In this document: piece by piece, positions 9,890-18,281 of the stretch
Numbering within the stretch: the stretch's first letter is position 1
Layout: the number at the start of each line of letters is the position of its first letter
DNA from: Zestosphaera tikiterensis
Lineage (GTDB): Archaea > Thermoproteota > Thermoprotei_A > Sulfolobales > NBVN01
NCBI GenBank assembly: GCA_003056265.1
Contig: NBVN01000004.1
Location: 133,587-197,586, forward strand
Length of the DNA: 64,000 bases
Direction: 5' to 3'
Notes under the pieces: model-generated
Databases searched by the model: none
Seen by the model: the letters and a program-made list of their open reading frames with translations, nothing else
Told to the model about the DNA's origin: nothing
Translations under genes and position numbers: made by a program

Positions 9890-10624
9890 TCAACCCCCTG
9901 CGGTTCTAGGCATGGTTTTAAACATTCCTGAATACCTGTCAGCAGTGATTTCTTCATACTTTAGTAACGCCTTATTTATTAAGTCAACGTATTTAGGTAA
10001 TTCACTATGCTTACCTACCACTACGAGGATATCGCCTTGCTCAAGCACGTAGTCTTCCTCAACAACTACTCGCCCTACTTTATTGAACACTAAAAGCTTA
10101 ACCGGCCTATCTTTTAATAAAGCGTTTAAATCGCCGATTTTAACACCCAACGTTCCTTTCTTCCACAGCCTATACATAGCTACTCCAAAATCTATGAACT
10201 CCACGATCCTCACTAATACCCAGGAATCTAACGACATAGCCGGCAGTAGATTTCCAACTACGTATTCATCTAGACCTATAACATACCTTAACCCCTCTTT
10301 AATAGCTAAATCTCTATTCACGCTTGCGTTTATCACTATGAAAACTAAAGGCACGCCCACAGCCTTAAGAATCCTAGCAGCAACTATGCTCTCTGAGTCT
10401 TCATTAAGTGCAACTATACCGACATCACATATCCTGAGCTCCTCGTAAACGTAAAGCTCCTCAACACTACCTACCTTCTTAAAAACAGCGTTAACTTCCT
10501 TAGCCACGCTTTCAACACCTGAATCAGGACTGAAAATATGAAAAGCCGTTGGGGTTTTAATTCTCCTCGCTAGCTCCACAACCGTTCTCCCAAACCTATC
10601 ACTCACGACTACAGCTACCCTCAA
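9890..10624 (-). CDS. RCK/TrkA-like regulatory protein (TrkA-C type C-terminal domain)
   Basis: C-terminal GDILVVVGKHSEL and LLVFNKVGRVVV resemble TrkA-C. It lies 3 nt upstream of the MscS-like gene and parallels the 43570-44247/42757-43563 pair. Confidence 0.5.
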   Translation of the reverse strand: MRVAVVVSDRFGRTVVELARRIKTPTAFHIFSPDSGVESVAKEVNAVFKKVGSVEELYVYEELRICDVGIVALNEDSESIVAARILKAVGVPLVFIVINASVNRDLAIKEGLRYVIGLDEYVVGNLLPAMSLDSWVLVRIVEFIDFGVAMYRLWKKGTLGVKIGDLNALLKDRPVKLLVFNKVGRVVVEEDYVLEQGDILVVVGKHSELPKYVDLINKALLKYEEITADRYSGMFKTMPRTAGG

Positions 10625-10861
10625 GCAAACCCACCTTCCTACAACTACGTGAGCTACAACACCCTAATTTTAAGTCGTTACTCGTCTTAAAATATAAGAC
10701 CTCCATCTCACGTTTCATCCGATCACGTCCTTCTCATTACCTTGAAGGATGAAGGAAATCTTCGTAGTGGTTCGACCTCCCTTCTTTTCAGTCATTCTCA
10801 ATTATTCCCCCGCATTCCAATGACTCTGGCCATCTATCATATTCGTTGGGTCTAAGCCTCC

Positions 10862-10995
10862 ATTCTTAAGACATCGCTACCCAGCTTCCCTGAAGGTCTT
10901 GGGAACTCAATACTCACAATTACCTCATTACCTCGTATAAAGTCAAAACTAACTAAAAGCTTCCTTACCCTCACCTTAAAACGAGGCTTTCAGCT
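10862..10995 (-). mobile_element. PATE/MITE-like element, family B copy 2
   Basis: Alignable by eye with 55-170. The minus-strand left end agctgaaagcctcgttttaagg is flanked by TTAC (rc at 10996-10999). Confidence 0.5.
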
Positions 10996-10999
10996 GTAA

Positions 11000-11353
11000 A
11001 TGAAGAGGAATGTACCTCCAGACTAATGGACTACCCTCCAGGGTAGGGAGGAAGTCAGTCTTACCCTTGAGGGACTTGAGATGACCCTCTCTCCGCTCTG
11101 AAGGGCGGGGTTTCACTGTTGGGTATTGAGCGATACCCCTCCTTAAGGGGGTTACGGGACACCTCCATTAATCATCGGCTTCGAAAGCCTCAAAACTTCG
11201 TGTGGGAGGCATAGTATGGGTTGTATGTATGCTTTAGTTGATATTGTTTGAGGTTTGCCTCCCACACACATTAAACATCATCACCAAAAATAAATTAGAA
11301 GAAACAACTTATAAACCTTCCCATCCCCGCCTTTAAAGGCAAGGCTTTCAGTT
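11000..11353 (-). mobile_element. Composite TnpB-less IS605-derived MITE (family A copy 1) with an extra right-end fragment
   Basis: The minus strand starts aactgaaagccttgcctttaaaggcggggatgggaaggtttataag next to TTAC (rc 11354-11357). About 190 bp match MITE-A2 (53974-54170). An internal segment matches the IS-1 right end (gtaacccccttaaggaggggtatcgc...gtgaaaccccgcc). Positions 10990-11049 carry an oppositely oriented right-end fragment ending gaagtcag. Confidence 0.55.
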
Positions 11354-11411
11354 GTAAAACTCGTGGGGCGTTATAAGTTAGTTGGTATTTAATAGAATCG
11401 AGTGAATATAT

Positions 11412-11819
11412 GTGTTGGAGAAGGTAATGAATGAGTACTATGCTGACTTTTTAAGGAGGAGGGCAAAGGCTTTTCTCGAGAGTGCTCGTGCAGACTTTAG
11501 TAGAGGTGACCATGACTTAGTACTCTTTCACGTTGAGCAATTCCTACAACTATACCTTAAGCATCTCATATATAAGAAGGTAGGTGATTACCCGAAAACT
11601 AATTCTTTGACTCACCTTATGAAGCTCATTATGAAAATTTACAGTGATGAGAAGCTCAGCGAGTTTTATGAGAAGTACTTAGAGGTTCTCTACCTTCTTG
11701 AGGAGGCTTACATAAGTTCGAGATACTTACCAAGGCAATATGACAGAGAAATCGCGGAGAGGATTCTAAAGTTTGCTGAGAAAACGTTGGAGGTGTTGGA
11801 ATGGCTGGAGAAACACTGA
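11412..11819 (+). CDS. HEPN domain protein (toxin of a HEPN-MNT module)
   Basis: 135 aa and all-helical, with the motif EEAYISSRYLPRQY. It overlaps the downstream MNT gene by 19 nt. Confidence 0.8.
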   Translation: MLEKVMNEYYADFLRRRAKAFLESARADFSRGDHDLVLFHVEQFLQLYLKHLIYKKVGDYPKTNSLTHLMKLIMKIYSDEKLSEFYEKYLEVLYLLEEAYISSRYLPRQYDREIAERILKFAEKTLEVLEWLEKH

Positions 11820-12154
11820 TGGAGTTAGAGCTTGAGCTTCGGGAGACTTTGAAAAAGTACTATGAGAACCTCACAACCTACGTAAAGGAAATAAAGGATG
11901 TTGTTAAAAAGTATGATCCTTCAGCTAAGGCCCTGATATTCGGTAGCGTCGTTAAAGGTTATGCTAGACCTGATAGCGATGTAGACGTACTTGTTATAAC
12001 GGAAATCGCTAGGAACGTAAGCAGTAGGTTGATGCTAAGAGTGGAAATAGCGAGGAGAGTAGGGGTTTACACACCATTCGAGATTCACATAGTTACGTGG
12101 GAAGAGTACAGAAGTTGGTACGAGAAGTTCATAGACAAGTACGAAGAGGTTTAA
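11801..12154 (+). CDS. Minimal nucleotidyltransferase (MNT antitoxin)
   Basis: GSVVKGYARPDSDVDVLV (GS-x10-DxD) pol-beta NTase signature. Confidence 0.85.
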   Translation: MAGETLMELELELRETLKKYYENLTTYVKEIKDVVKKYDPSAKALIFGSVVKGYARPDSDVDVLVITEIARNVSSRLMLRVEIARRVGVYTPFEIHIVTWEEYRSWYEKFIDKYEEV

Positions 12155-12458
12155 GCCGTATCGTCCTCTATGTATTTCATCGATATTCTTAAATGTTTTT
12201 AATTTCTTTCTATTTTAAAGTTTATATGTTAGAAGTAAGTATTATTTTTGGGGTTGATGCGGGGGTTTATCCACCTGTAGGGTAGGTGGATCCCTAAGGA
12301 AAATAACGTAGAGATTGGGGAAGATTTGAAGCGTGTGCGGGGGTGCCCGGGGTCGTCCCTAAGAGCTTCTGCTGTGAAGGATGAAGCCAGACGGAGCGGA
12401 GGAACAAAAAAATGAAGGGATGAAGAAAGTGATTAGGAGTATCGTTCAGACCCGAACC
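12154..12458 (+). repeat. Left copy of a ~305-bp inverted repeat (partner 26188-26494)
   Basis: By-eye alignment with the reverse complement of 26188-26494 runs from agccgtatcg to cccgaacc, at roughly 85-90 percent identity. It contains a TATA-like ttttaaag and a hairpin atccacct-N6-aggtggat. Confidence 0.7.
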
Positions 12459-12892
12459 CTACAGAGGTCTGATCCTATGTTTGTCTTCATTCCTCATGGT
12501 TTTCCTCCACACCCGTTTTTCGAGAGCTTGGCTTCACTGCCTTAGACTCCCGCATTGCTTCGCTAAACTCCCTTAAGCGAATGTGGAGGGGTTTAGGGTT
12601 CTTCATCCTTACCTCACGACTGCTCATCGATCGTCAACCAACATAGAACCAACCCTAACGAGCTAAAGCGTATTCCAGAAGGCCTAAGAAGAGTGGGAAG
12701 TCCTTGATGATGAGGGTGTAGACTTAGCGAAATTATCAGCAATTTAAGTTGTTAGAGTGTTGGAGAAACACCGTCCTTCGAGATGATGAGAGTTTGTTTG
12801 TGCGGTAGTAGATCTTTAACAAATGTGTTGTTGATTTTATGGGGTTTACTCGCAGGTGCTGCTCTTAAAGTAAGTAGGTATTTAATTTAGGG

Positions 12893-13609
12893 TTGGCGGA
12901 GGTGTTTGAGAGGTATTTAAGGCAGGTTGAGGTTTTAGGGTTTGAAGGGCAGGAAAAACTTCGTAGGGCTAAAGTAGTCGTTGTTGGTGTTGGTGGTTTA
13001 GGTTCTGTAGTTTCTTTATATCTTACGGCTGCTGGTGTTGGTGAGTTGGTTTTAGTTGATAACGGTTATTTAGAACTCAGTAACTTAAATAGGCAGATAC
13101 TATATAATGAGGAAGACTTAGGCAAGCCTAAAGCTTTAACCGCAGCTGAAAAACTCAGTAAGTTAAATAGTGAAGTTAGAGTTCGAGGGATTCAAGCAGA
13201 TGTAGGTAGTGAGGAAGTAGTTGATGAGGTGAGGTCAGCTACGTTAGTAATTGATTGCTTAGATAATTGGAGGTCTCGATTGATTTTAGATAAGATAGCT
13301 TGGGATAGTAAGAAACCTTTAATCCATGGAGGCATATCCGAATTCTACGGTCAAGTAACAACTATAGTTCCGGAGGTGACTACATGTCTTAAATGCCTTC
13401 TAGGGATAGATGAGAAGGTACGAGAGGAGAAACCACCGCAGGTTCTAGGCCCGACGCCTGGTGTGGTTGGAGCTATTGAAGCTATGGAAGCTATAAAGTA
13501 CTTAACTGGGAGGGGGGAGCTCCTCATCAATAAACTCTTGGTGATAGACTTAAAAAGAATGGAATTTACGACGTTAAAGATCTTCGGTAGAGAAAACTGC
13601 ACATGTTAA
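12893..13609 (+). CDS. ThiF/MoeB/UbaA-type E1-like adenylyltransferase
   Basis: VVVVGVGGLGS nucleotide loop, NLNRQILY motif, and CLKC plus a C-terminal CTC zinc-site cysteines. Confidence 0.85.
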   Translation: MAEVFERYLRQVEVLGFEGQEKLRRAKVVVVGVGGLGSVVSLYLTAAGVGELVLVDNGYLELSNLNRQILYNEEDLGKPKALTAAEKLSKLNSEVRVRGIQADVGSEEVVDEVRSATLVIDCLDNWRSRLILDKIAWDSKKPLIHGGISEFYGQVTTIVPEVTTCLKCLLGIDEKVREEKPPQVLGPTPGVVGAIEAMEAIKYLTGRGELLINKLLVIDLKRMEFTTLKIFGRENCTC

Positions 13610-13715
13610 GAAAAACAACGTAAGTGCTGACTCCCTCCTTAACAACCTCGCGAGAATAAAAGCTTTAAGTCCATGCAGGTGTTGGGGGAGGTAGCTGAAA
13701 CCCAACTTTCAAGAA

Positions 13716-13997
13716 ATGCTTAAGAAGTTCTGTAGGGTTGGTGGAGCCGTAACGATGGATTATATAGCTAATTCCTTAGGGGTTAGCTTAGATGAGGTGC
13801 AGACGTTTATATCTGTGCTCTTAGCTGAAGGACTTATCGATGAAGTGGTTGTTGAGGATTTAAACGCATGTGTTAAATGCCCGTTAAGGAGTTTCTGTTT
13901 AGGATGTAACTATGCTCAGGGTTTAAGCCCCTCTAAACTAAAACACTATAGACTTACTGAGAAAGGCTTAAAAATCTGCGATTCTTTAAGGGATTAA
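13716..13997 (+). CDS. Small winged-helix protein with a Cys cluster (FeoC-like)
   Basis: 93 aa. The wHTH-like N-terminal half is MDYIANSLGVSLDEVQTFISVLLAEGLI, followed by CVKCPLRSFCLGC. Confidence 0.4.
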   Translation: MLKKFCRVGGAVTMDYIANSLGVSLDEVQTFISVLLAEGLIDEVVVEDLNACVKCPLRSFCLGCNYAQGLSPSKLKHYRLTEKGLKICDSLRD

Positions 13998-15275
13998 AAC
14001 CTCCTCACCGTTGCTCGGTAGGGATACAGAGTCTAAACCTATGATCTCCTCTATCCTCCGCTTAAACTCTAGACCTACGTCTTCGTTTGTATGCACTATG
14101 ATCACGTGTCCCAACCCCTTAACGTTCTTAGCTATTTCTAAAAGCCCATCCACGCCCGCGTGACTTGAAAAATCAAACCATTGAACCCTAGCCCTAACCC
14201 TACCAACGTCTTCTAAGGGGGTTCCCTCCTCCAGCAACGCCCTCCCAGGGGTTTTAGGTGCTTGATATGAGACGAGGAAGACGGCGTTTTTAGGGTTGTC
14301 TGAAAGCCTCTTTAAGTAGTATTGCGCTGGACCTCCTTTAAGCATGCCGGCTGAAGCAACCACTACGGAACCCTCACTTTGAACTATCCTCCTTCTCTGA
14401 GAAGGTTTAGTCACGGCTTTAAATTCCTTCATAGACTTGACTAAGACGTCATATTTATTTATGAATTCAGGGTAGCTAACTAACACGTCATATATCTGCC
14501 TTATCATGCCGTCGTAGAATACGTCCCCACCAAACCTTTCGTAAAGAAGCCCTAGGATTTCTTGAGACCTACCTAAGCTGAAAGCAGGTATTAAAACGTT
14601 TCCTCCGGAGTCCGTAACCTCCTTAACGGAGTCTATGAACTCCTTCTCAACGACTTCCCTAGGGGGGTGTTTAACGTTGCCGTAAGTGCCTTCAATCACC
14701 AACACCTCAGCTTCAACTCCTTCGTAATTAGCTTTAGATACGAGCCTCGTGTCTATAGTGTTTACATCGCCGGTGTATAATATCTTACGACCGTTGACCT
14801 CCACGTGAATCATCGCACTACCTGGTATGTGACCTGCGTTCAACAACTTAACTGTGAACTCACCCACGCAGCATTCAACGTTGTAGGAAGCCTCTATCGA
14901 GTTATCAAGCATGCTTAACATATCCAACTCCTCGAAAGGTAGGTAGTAACCTGAAATCTTAATGAAGTCTTTAAGCATCACCTCACTCAACGCTTTAGTC
15001 ATGGGGGTCATAACCGCCGGCAACTTAACACTTGAGTAAAGCATTGGAGCACTACCTACGTGATCTAAATGCGCGTGTGATATGGCTAAGCCAGCAACCT
15101 CAGAAGGTTTTAAATGCTCCGGGAATTGAGGCTCATCATTCTCGTTAAAGTTAACTCCATAATCAAGAAGTAGGAACCTACCTTCACCGTATCTTAACGC
15201 TACAGCAGCCCTACCTACTTCCCTACCACCACCTAAAACTTTAACCTTCAACACTTCACCTATCCTCTCACTCAA
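13986..15275 (-). CDS. Metallo-beta-lactamase/beta-CASP ribonuclease (aCPSF2-like)
   Basis: SHAHLDHVGS motif. At 429 aa with no KH domains, it has beta-CASP architecture. Confidence 0.8.
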   Translation of the reverse strand: MSERIGEVLKVKVLGGGREVGRAAVALRYGEGRFLLLDYGVNFNENDEPQFPEHLKPSEVAGLAISHAHLDHVGSAPMLYSSVKLPAVMTPMTKALSEVMLKDFIKISGYYLPFEELDMLSMLDNSIEASYNVECCVGEFTVKLLNAGHIPGSAMIHVEVNGRKILYTGDVNTIDTRLVSKANYEGVEAEVLVIEGTYGNVKHPPREVVEKEFIDSVKEVTDSGGNVLIPAFSLGRSQEILGLLYERFGGDVFYDGMIRQIYDVLVSYPEFINKYDVLVKSMKEFKAVTKPSQRRRIVQSEGSVVVASAGMLKGGPAQYYLKRLSDNPKNAVFLVSYQAPKTPGRALLEEGTPLEDVGRVRARVQWFDFSSHAGVDGLLEIAKNVKGLGHVIIVHTNEDVGLEFKRRIEEIIGLDSVSLPSNGEEVLIP

Positions 15276-15322
15276 TCTTATTTATGTAAGTTCTTATATC
15301 CCTAAGAACATTTAAGTTTTAG

Positions 15323-15697
15323 GTGGTCGGTCTGTACCCTATAAACCCAAGGGAAATGAAGAAAATGATGAAGAAGTTAGGCATTGATGTAGAGGAGTTA
15401 AGCGATGTTCTATCCGTTACTATAGAGTTGAAGGATAAGGAGTTAGTGATTAAAAACCCTCAAGTAACGGTTATGAAGTTTCAAGGCCAGAAGATCTATC
15501 AAGTCGTGGGGACTGCTGAGGAAGTCTTAACTAAGGAAGCGGTTATTGAGGAGAAACCAAGTAGGTATACGGAAGAGGACGTCAGGTTCGTAATGGAGCA
15601 GACAGGCGTTAGTAGGGAGAGGGCTTTAGAAGCTTTAGAAAGGTCTGGAGGGGATATAGCTCAAGCGATACTGCTGTTAAGTGAGGGAAGGAGTTAA
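15323..15697 (+). CDS. nac: Nascent polypeptide-associated complex protein (NAC alpha homolog)
   Basis: A NAC domain plus a C-terminal UBA-like RERALEALERSGGDIAQAILLL. Confidence 0.8.
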   Translation: MVGLYPINPREMKKMMKKLGIDVEELSDVLSVTIELKDKELVIKNPQVTVMKFQGQKIYQVVGTAEEVLTKEAVIEEKPSRYTEEDVRFVMEQTGVSRERALEALERSGGDIAQAILLLSEGRS

Positions 15698-15703
15698 GTA
15701 GTT

Positions 15704-16007
15704 GCTAAAGCGTTCCTCAGACCACGGTATTCCTTGATATTTTTCAATTGCTTTTAGTTCCGTGGTCTGGTTCATCACGTTTCCTCTCGGAGCCCCTCAC
15801 CGCAGTAGCTCTGCTCTAGTTGCCTAGAGCTTCAAAGCCCTACGGATCTCGGAACCCCGAGGTCACCGACACATTTATAAATTAAATAGCTTATAAAGTT
15901 TTTCAGATTGGATAGGCACACAACATCAGCATACATAATAGCTAAAAGACTGTTCACAACAAGTAATTAAGACTTATTCACAATATCTTAAGGTTTCAAT
16001 ACCTTAG
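15704..16007 (+). mobile_element. PATE/MITE-like element, family D copy 1
   Basis: Matches the reverse complement of 51988-52236 over both ends (aaagcgttc..cacggtattccttgata and attgtgaata.gtcttaattacttg...caataccttag). It carries an extra internal segment related to the IS-4 right end. Confidence 0.6.
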
Positions 16008-16719
16008 AAACAGCCCTTAAAGAGTTGACTAAGTCTTCAACGCTTGATTTTAAAGAGAGGATTAAAGGTATTCCCTCCCTATCGGCGAGCCTTACGGCTA
16101 ACGGATCCACCCTCTTAGTTCCATGAAGAACTACTACCGAAGGCTTTACCGGGCTTACCCTAACGGCTATCATAGGCGAGCGTCCAGTACTTACCTTAGT
16201 AAATATTAAAGCTCTTCTCGTTGTCGTCCCCATTATCTGCCAGAATTCGTTACCGCTTAACTTCTCAATAGCTTCAATGCTGTCTATGACTGTATAGCCG
16301 TAGATCTCTAAATCCTTCGGTATGGATCCATTAACTACGAAACCCTCCACAGCCGTTAAGAGGTCGTCAATTCTTAACGGTGTGTTAAACTCTTTAATAT
16401 CTATTAAAACCCCTATATTTATGTTTAGGGAGTTCGCCAACTGTTTAATTACTTGATAATCTCTGCTAGCGTCTAAACTTATTAAAGACTCAACAAACCT
16501 CCTTAAGAACCTAACCCCAGGTGATCTCCTACCCTTCTCATAATCGCTGATTACTGAAGCGCTAACACCCATTAAAACACCTATCTCCTGCTGAGTTAGC
16601 TTGAAGGTTTCACGCCACCGCCTAAGTGCGGCACCGCAATCCCTACTCATAGCGATGTCTCCAGCTATGCGTTGAGCTATTAACTCAATCACATACTTAC
16701 TAATAGGCAGAGCGTTCAC
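15988..16719 (-). CDS. XRE-type HTH transcriptional regulator (archaeal COG1395-like)
   Basis: HTH segment LTQQEIGVLMGVSASVISDYEKGRR. The last ~9 codons and the stop lie inside repeat sequence shared with the 52-kb locus. Confidence 0.65.
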   Translation of the reverse strand: MNALPISKYVIELIAQRIAGDIAMSRDCGAALRRWRETFKLTQQEIGVLMGVSASVISDYEKGRRSPGVRFLRRFVESLISLDASRDYQVIKQLANSLNINIGVLIDIKEFNTPLRIDDLLTAVEGFVVNGSIPKDLEIYGYTVIDSIEAIEKLSGNEFWQIMGTTTRRALIFTKVSTGRSPMIAVRVSPVKPSVVVLHGTKRVDPLAVRLADREGIPLILSLKSSVEDLVNSLRAVSKVLKP

Positions 16720-16805
16720 ACCATTTAAATAGGGTAGTTAAAACTAAAAACTTTAACTTAGGTGGTTAACCCAAAATAGTTAATTGGATGCGTTAACAGC
16801 GGTAG

Positions 16806-18206
16806 CTACTTAATAGGCCATTTAACTTCAGGATCTACACAGATCCCAACCCTATTAAACAGTTCTCGCGCTCTTACATCAACTTCCTTAAGTACTTCCT
16901 CCTCATCAAGTGTTAAGACTTTCCTATCTCTCATAACGACTCTACCGTCTATTATCACGTCGTTTACGTCGTCCCCATGAGCTGCGAATACGATGTGGGA
17001 GATTGGGTCGTTCATAGGCATTAGCCTAGGGTTCCAATAATCTACGGTTATCATATCTGCTTTCTTACCTACCTCTATAGAGCCTATTAAGTCTTCCAAC
17101 CCTAAAGCTTTAGCACCTCTTAAAGTAGCCATCTCAAGAACTTCCTCAGCTCTTAAAGCTTCAGGATCTTCTTTAAAACCGTTTTGAAGTATGGTAGCTA
17201 TCTTCATCTCCTCAATTAAGTCGTAGTTGTCGTTGCTGGGCCCGCCATCCGTACCTAAAGCTACGTTAACGCCTGCTTTAAGCATGTCTGAAACTCTAGC
17301 TATGCCTGAGCCTAACTTACCGTTGCTTGATGGGTTATGGCTTACGTTGGTTTTCGTTTTGGAGAGTATCCCTATCTCCTCGTCAGTTACCCAAACAACA
17401 TGTACTAAAACTACGTTAGAACCGACTAAACCCAACCATTTAACGAACTCAACAGGTTTCATACCGAATTTCTTAAGGGTGTATTCAACGTCTTCCTTAA
17501 CTTCAGCTAAGTGCATAGTTATGCCTGTGTTTAACTCCTTAGCTTTAGCTACTATCTCCCTATAAAGTTCTACACTCGCAGCCCCTGGAGTTCTAGGGCC
17601 GAACCAAACGTATATCCTCCCTTCCTTACCGTGGTATTTATTATACAGTCTTAAAACATCACTCATGCTGTACTCACCACTTTCAATAAGTCCTTTATGT
17701 AAAGCCCCCTCCTCTAAAGCATAGCCTGTTAAATCCATTACATGCCTAGCGACCGCAGCCCTTAAACCTGAGTTAAGTATTGCTTCAATTATCCTGTCGG
17801 GGCCATACCTACCCACGAGTCCGGTCTCTAAGAACGTTGTCGTGCCTGATTTAATCATCTCAAGCATTGTTAGCTTAGCTGCGGCTAAAGCCTCGTCTTC
17901 AGTCATGTTGCCTTGAAGAGGCCATACCCTATCCTTAAGCCATGGTATTAACCTTCTGTAGTTAGCGCAGGCTTTAAGCATTCCTTGAACTAAGTGGACG
18001 TGTGTGTTGATTAATCCAGGCATTACTATATGTTTTGAGGCGTTTATCTCCTCCTTAGCTTTACCGCGGTAGTCTTTATCCAGTTCAGAACACTTACCTA
18101 CGGCTACGATAACCCCTGAATCAACTGCTACGCAACCGTCTTTTAAAACAAGCCTTTCTTTATTCATAGTTATGACAAACTTACCTCTAACGTATATATC
18201 TACCAA
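16806..18206 (-). CDS. Amidohydrolase, MTA/SAH-deaminase or chlorohydrolase family
   Basis: GLINTHVHLVQG metal-binding HxH motif, 466 aa, and a C-terminal GSIEVGKKADM motif. Confidence 0.75.
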   Translation of the reverse strand: MVDIYVRGKFVITMNKERLVLKDGCVAVDSGVIVAVGKCSELDKDYRGKAKEEINASKHIVMPGLINTHVHLVQGMLKACANYRRLIPWLKDRVWPLQGNMTEDEALAAAKLTMLEMIKSGTTTFLETGLVGRYGPDRIIEAILNSGLRAAVARHVMDLTGYALEEGALHKGLIESGEYSMSDVLRLYNKYHGKEGRIYVWFGPRTPGAASVELYREIVAKAKELNTGITMHLAEVKEDVEYTLKKFGMKPVEFVKWLGLVGSNVVLVHVVWVTDEEIGILSKTKTNVSHNPSSNGKLGSGIARVSDMLKAGVNVALGTDGGPSNDNYDLIEEMKIATILQNGFKEDPEALRAEEVLEMATLRGAKALGLEDLIGSIEVGKKADMITVDYWNPRLMPMNDPISHIVFAAHGDDVNDVIIDGRVVMRDRKVLTLDEEEVLKEVDVRARELFNRVGICVDPEVKWPIK

Positions 18207-18281
18207 ACAACCACCTAGTTAATATCGCTGAAATTCAATAATATTTATTTATTCACTTAAGCAAGTTAAGTTAAGAGTGGT

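Noticed and set aside
12700-12800. Two gatgatgag motifs 77 nt apart that look like C boxes
   Set aside because: No CUGA lies at the required 12-nt spacing. The motif recurs in the IS-4 left-end region (24098), so it is repeat-derived rather than an sRNA.
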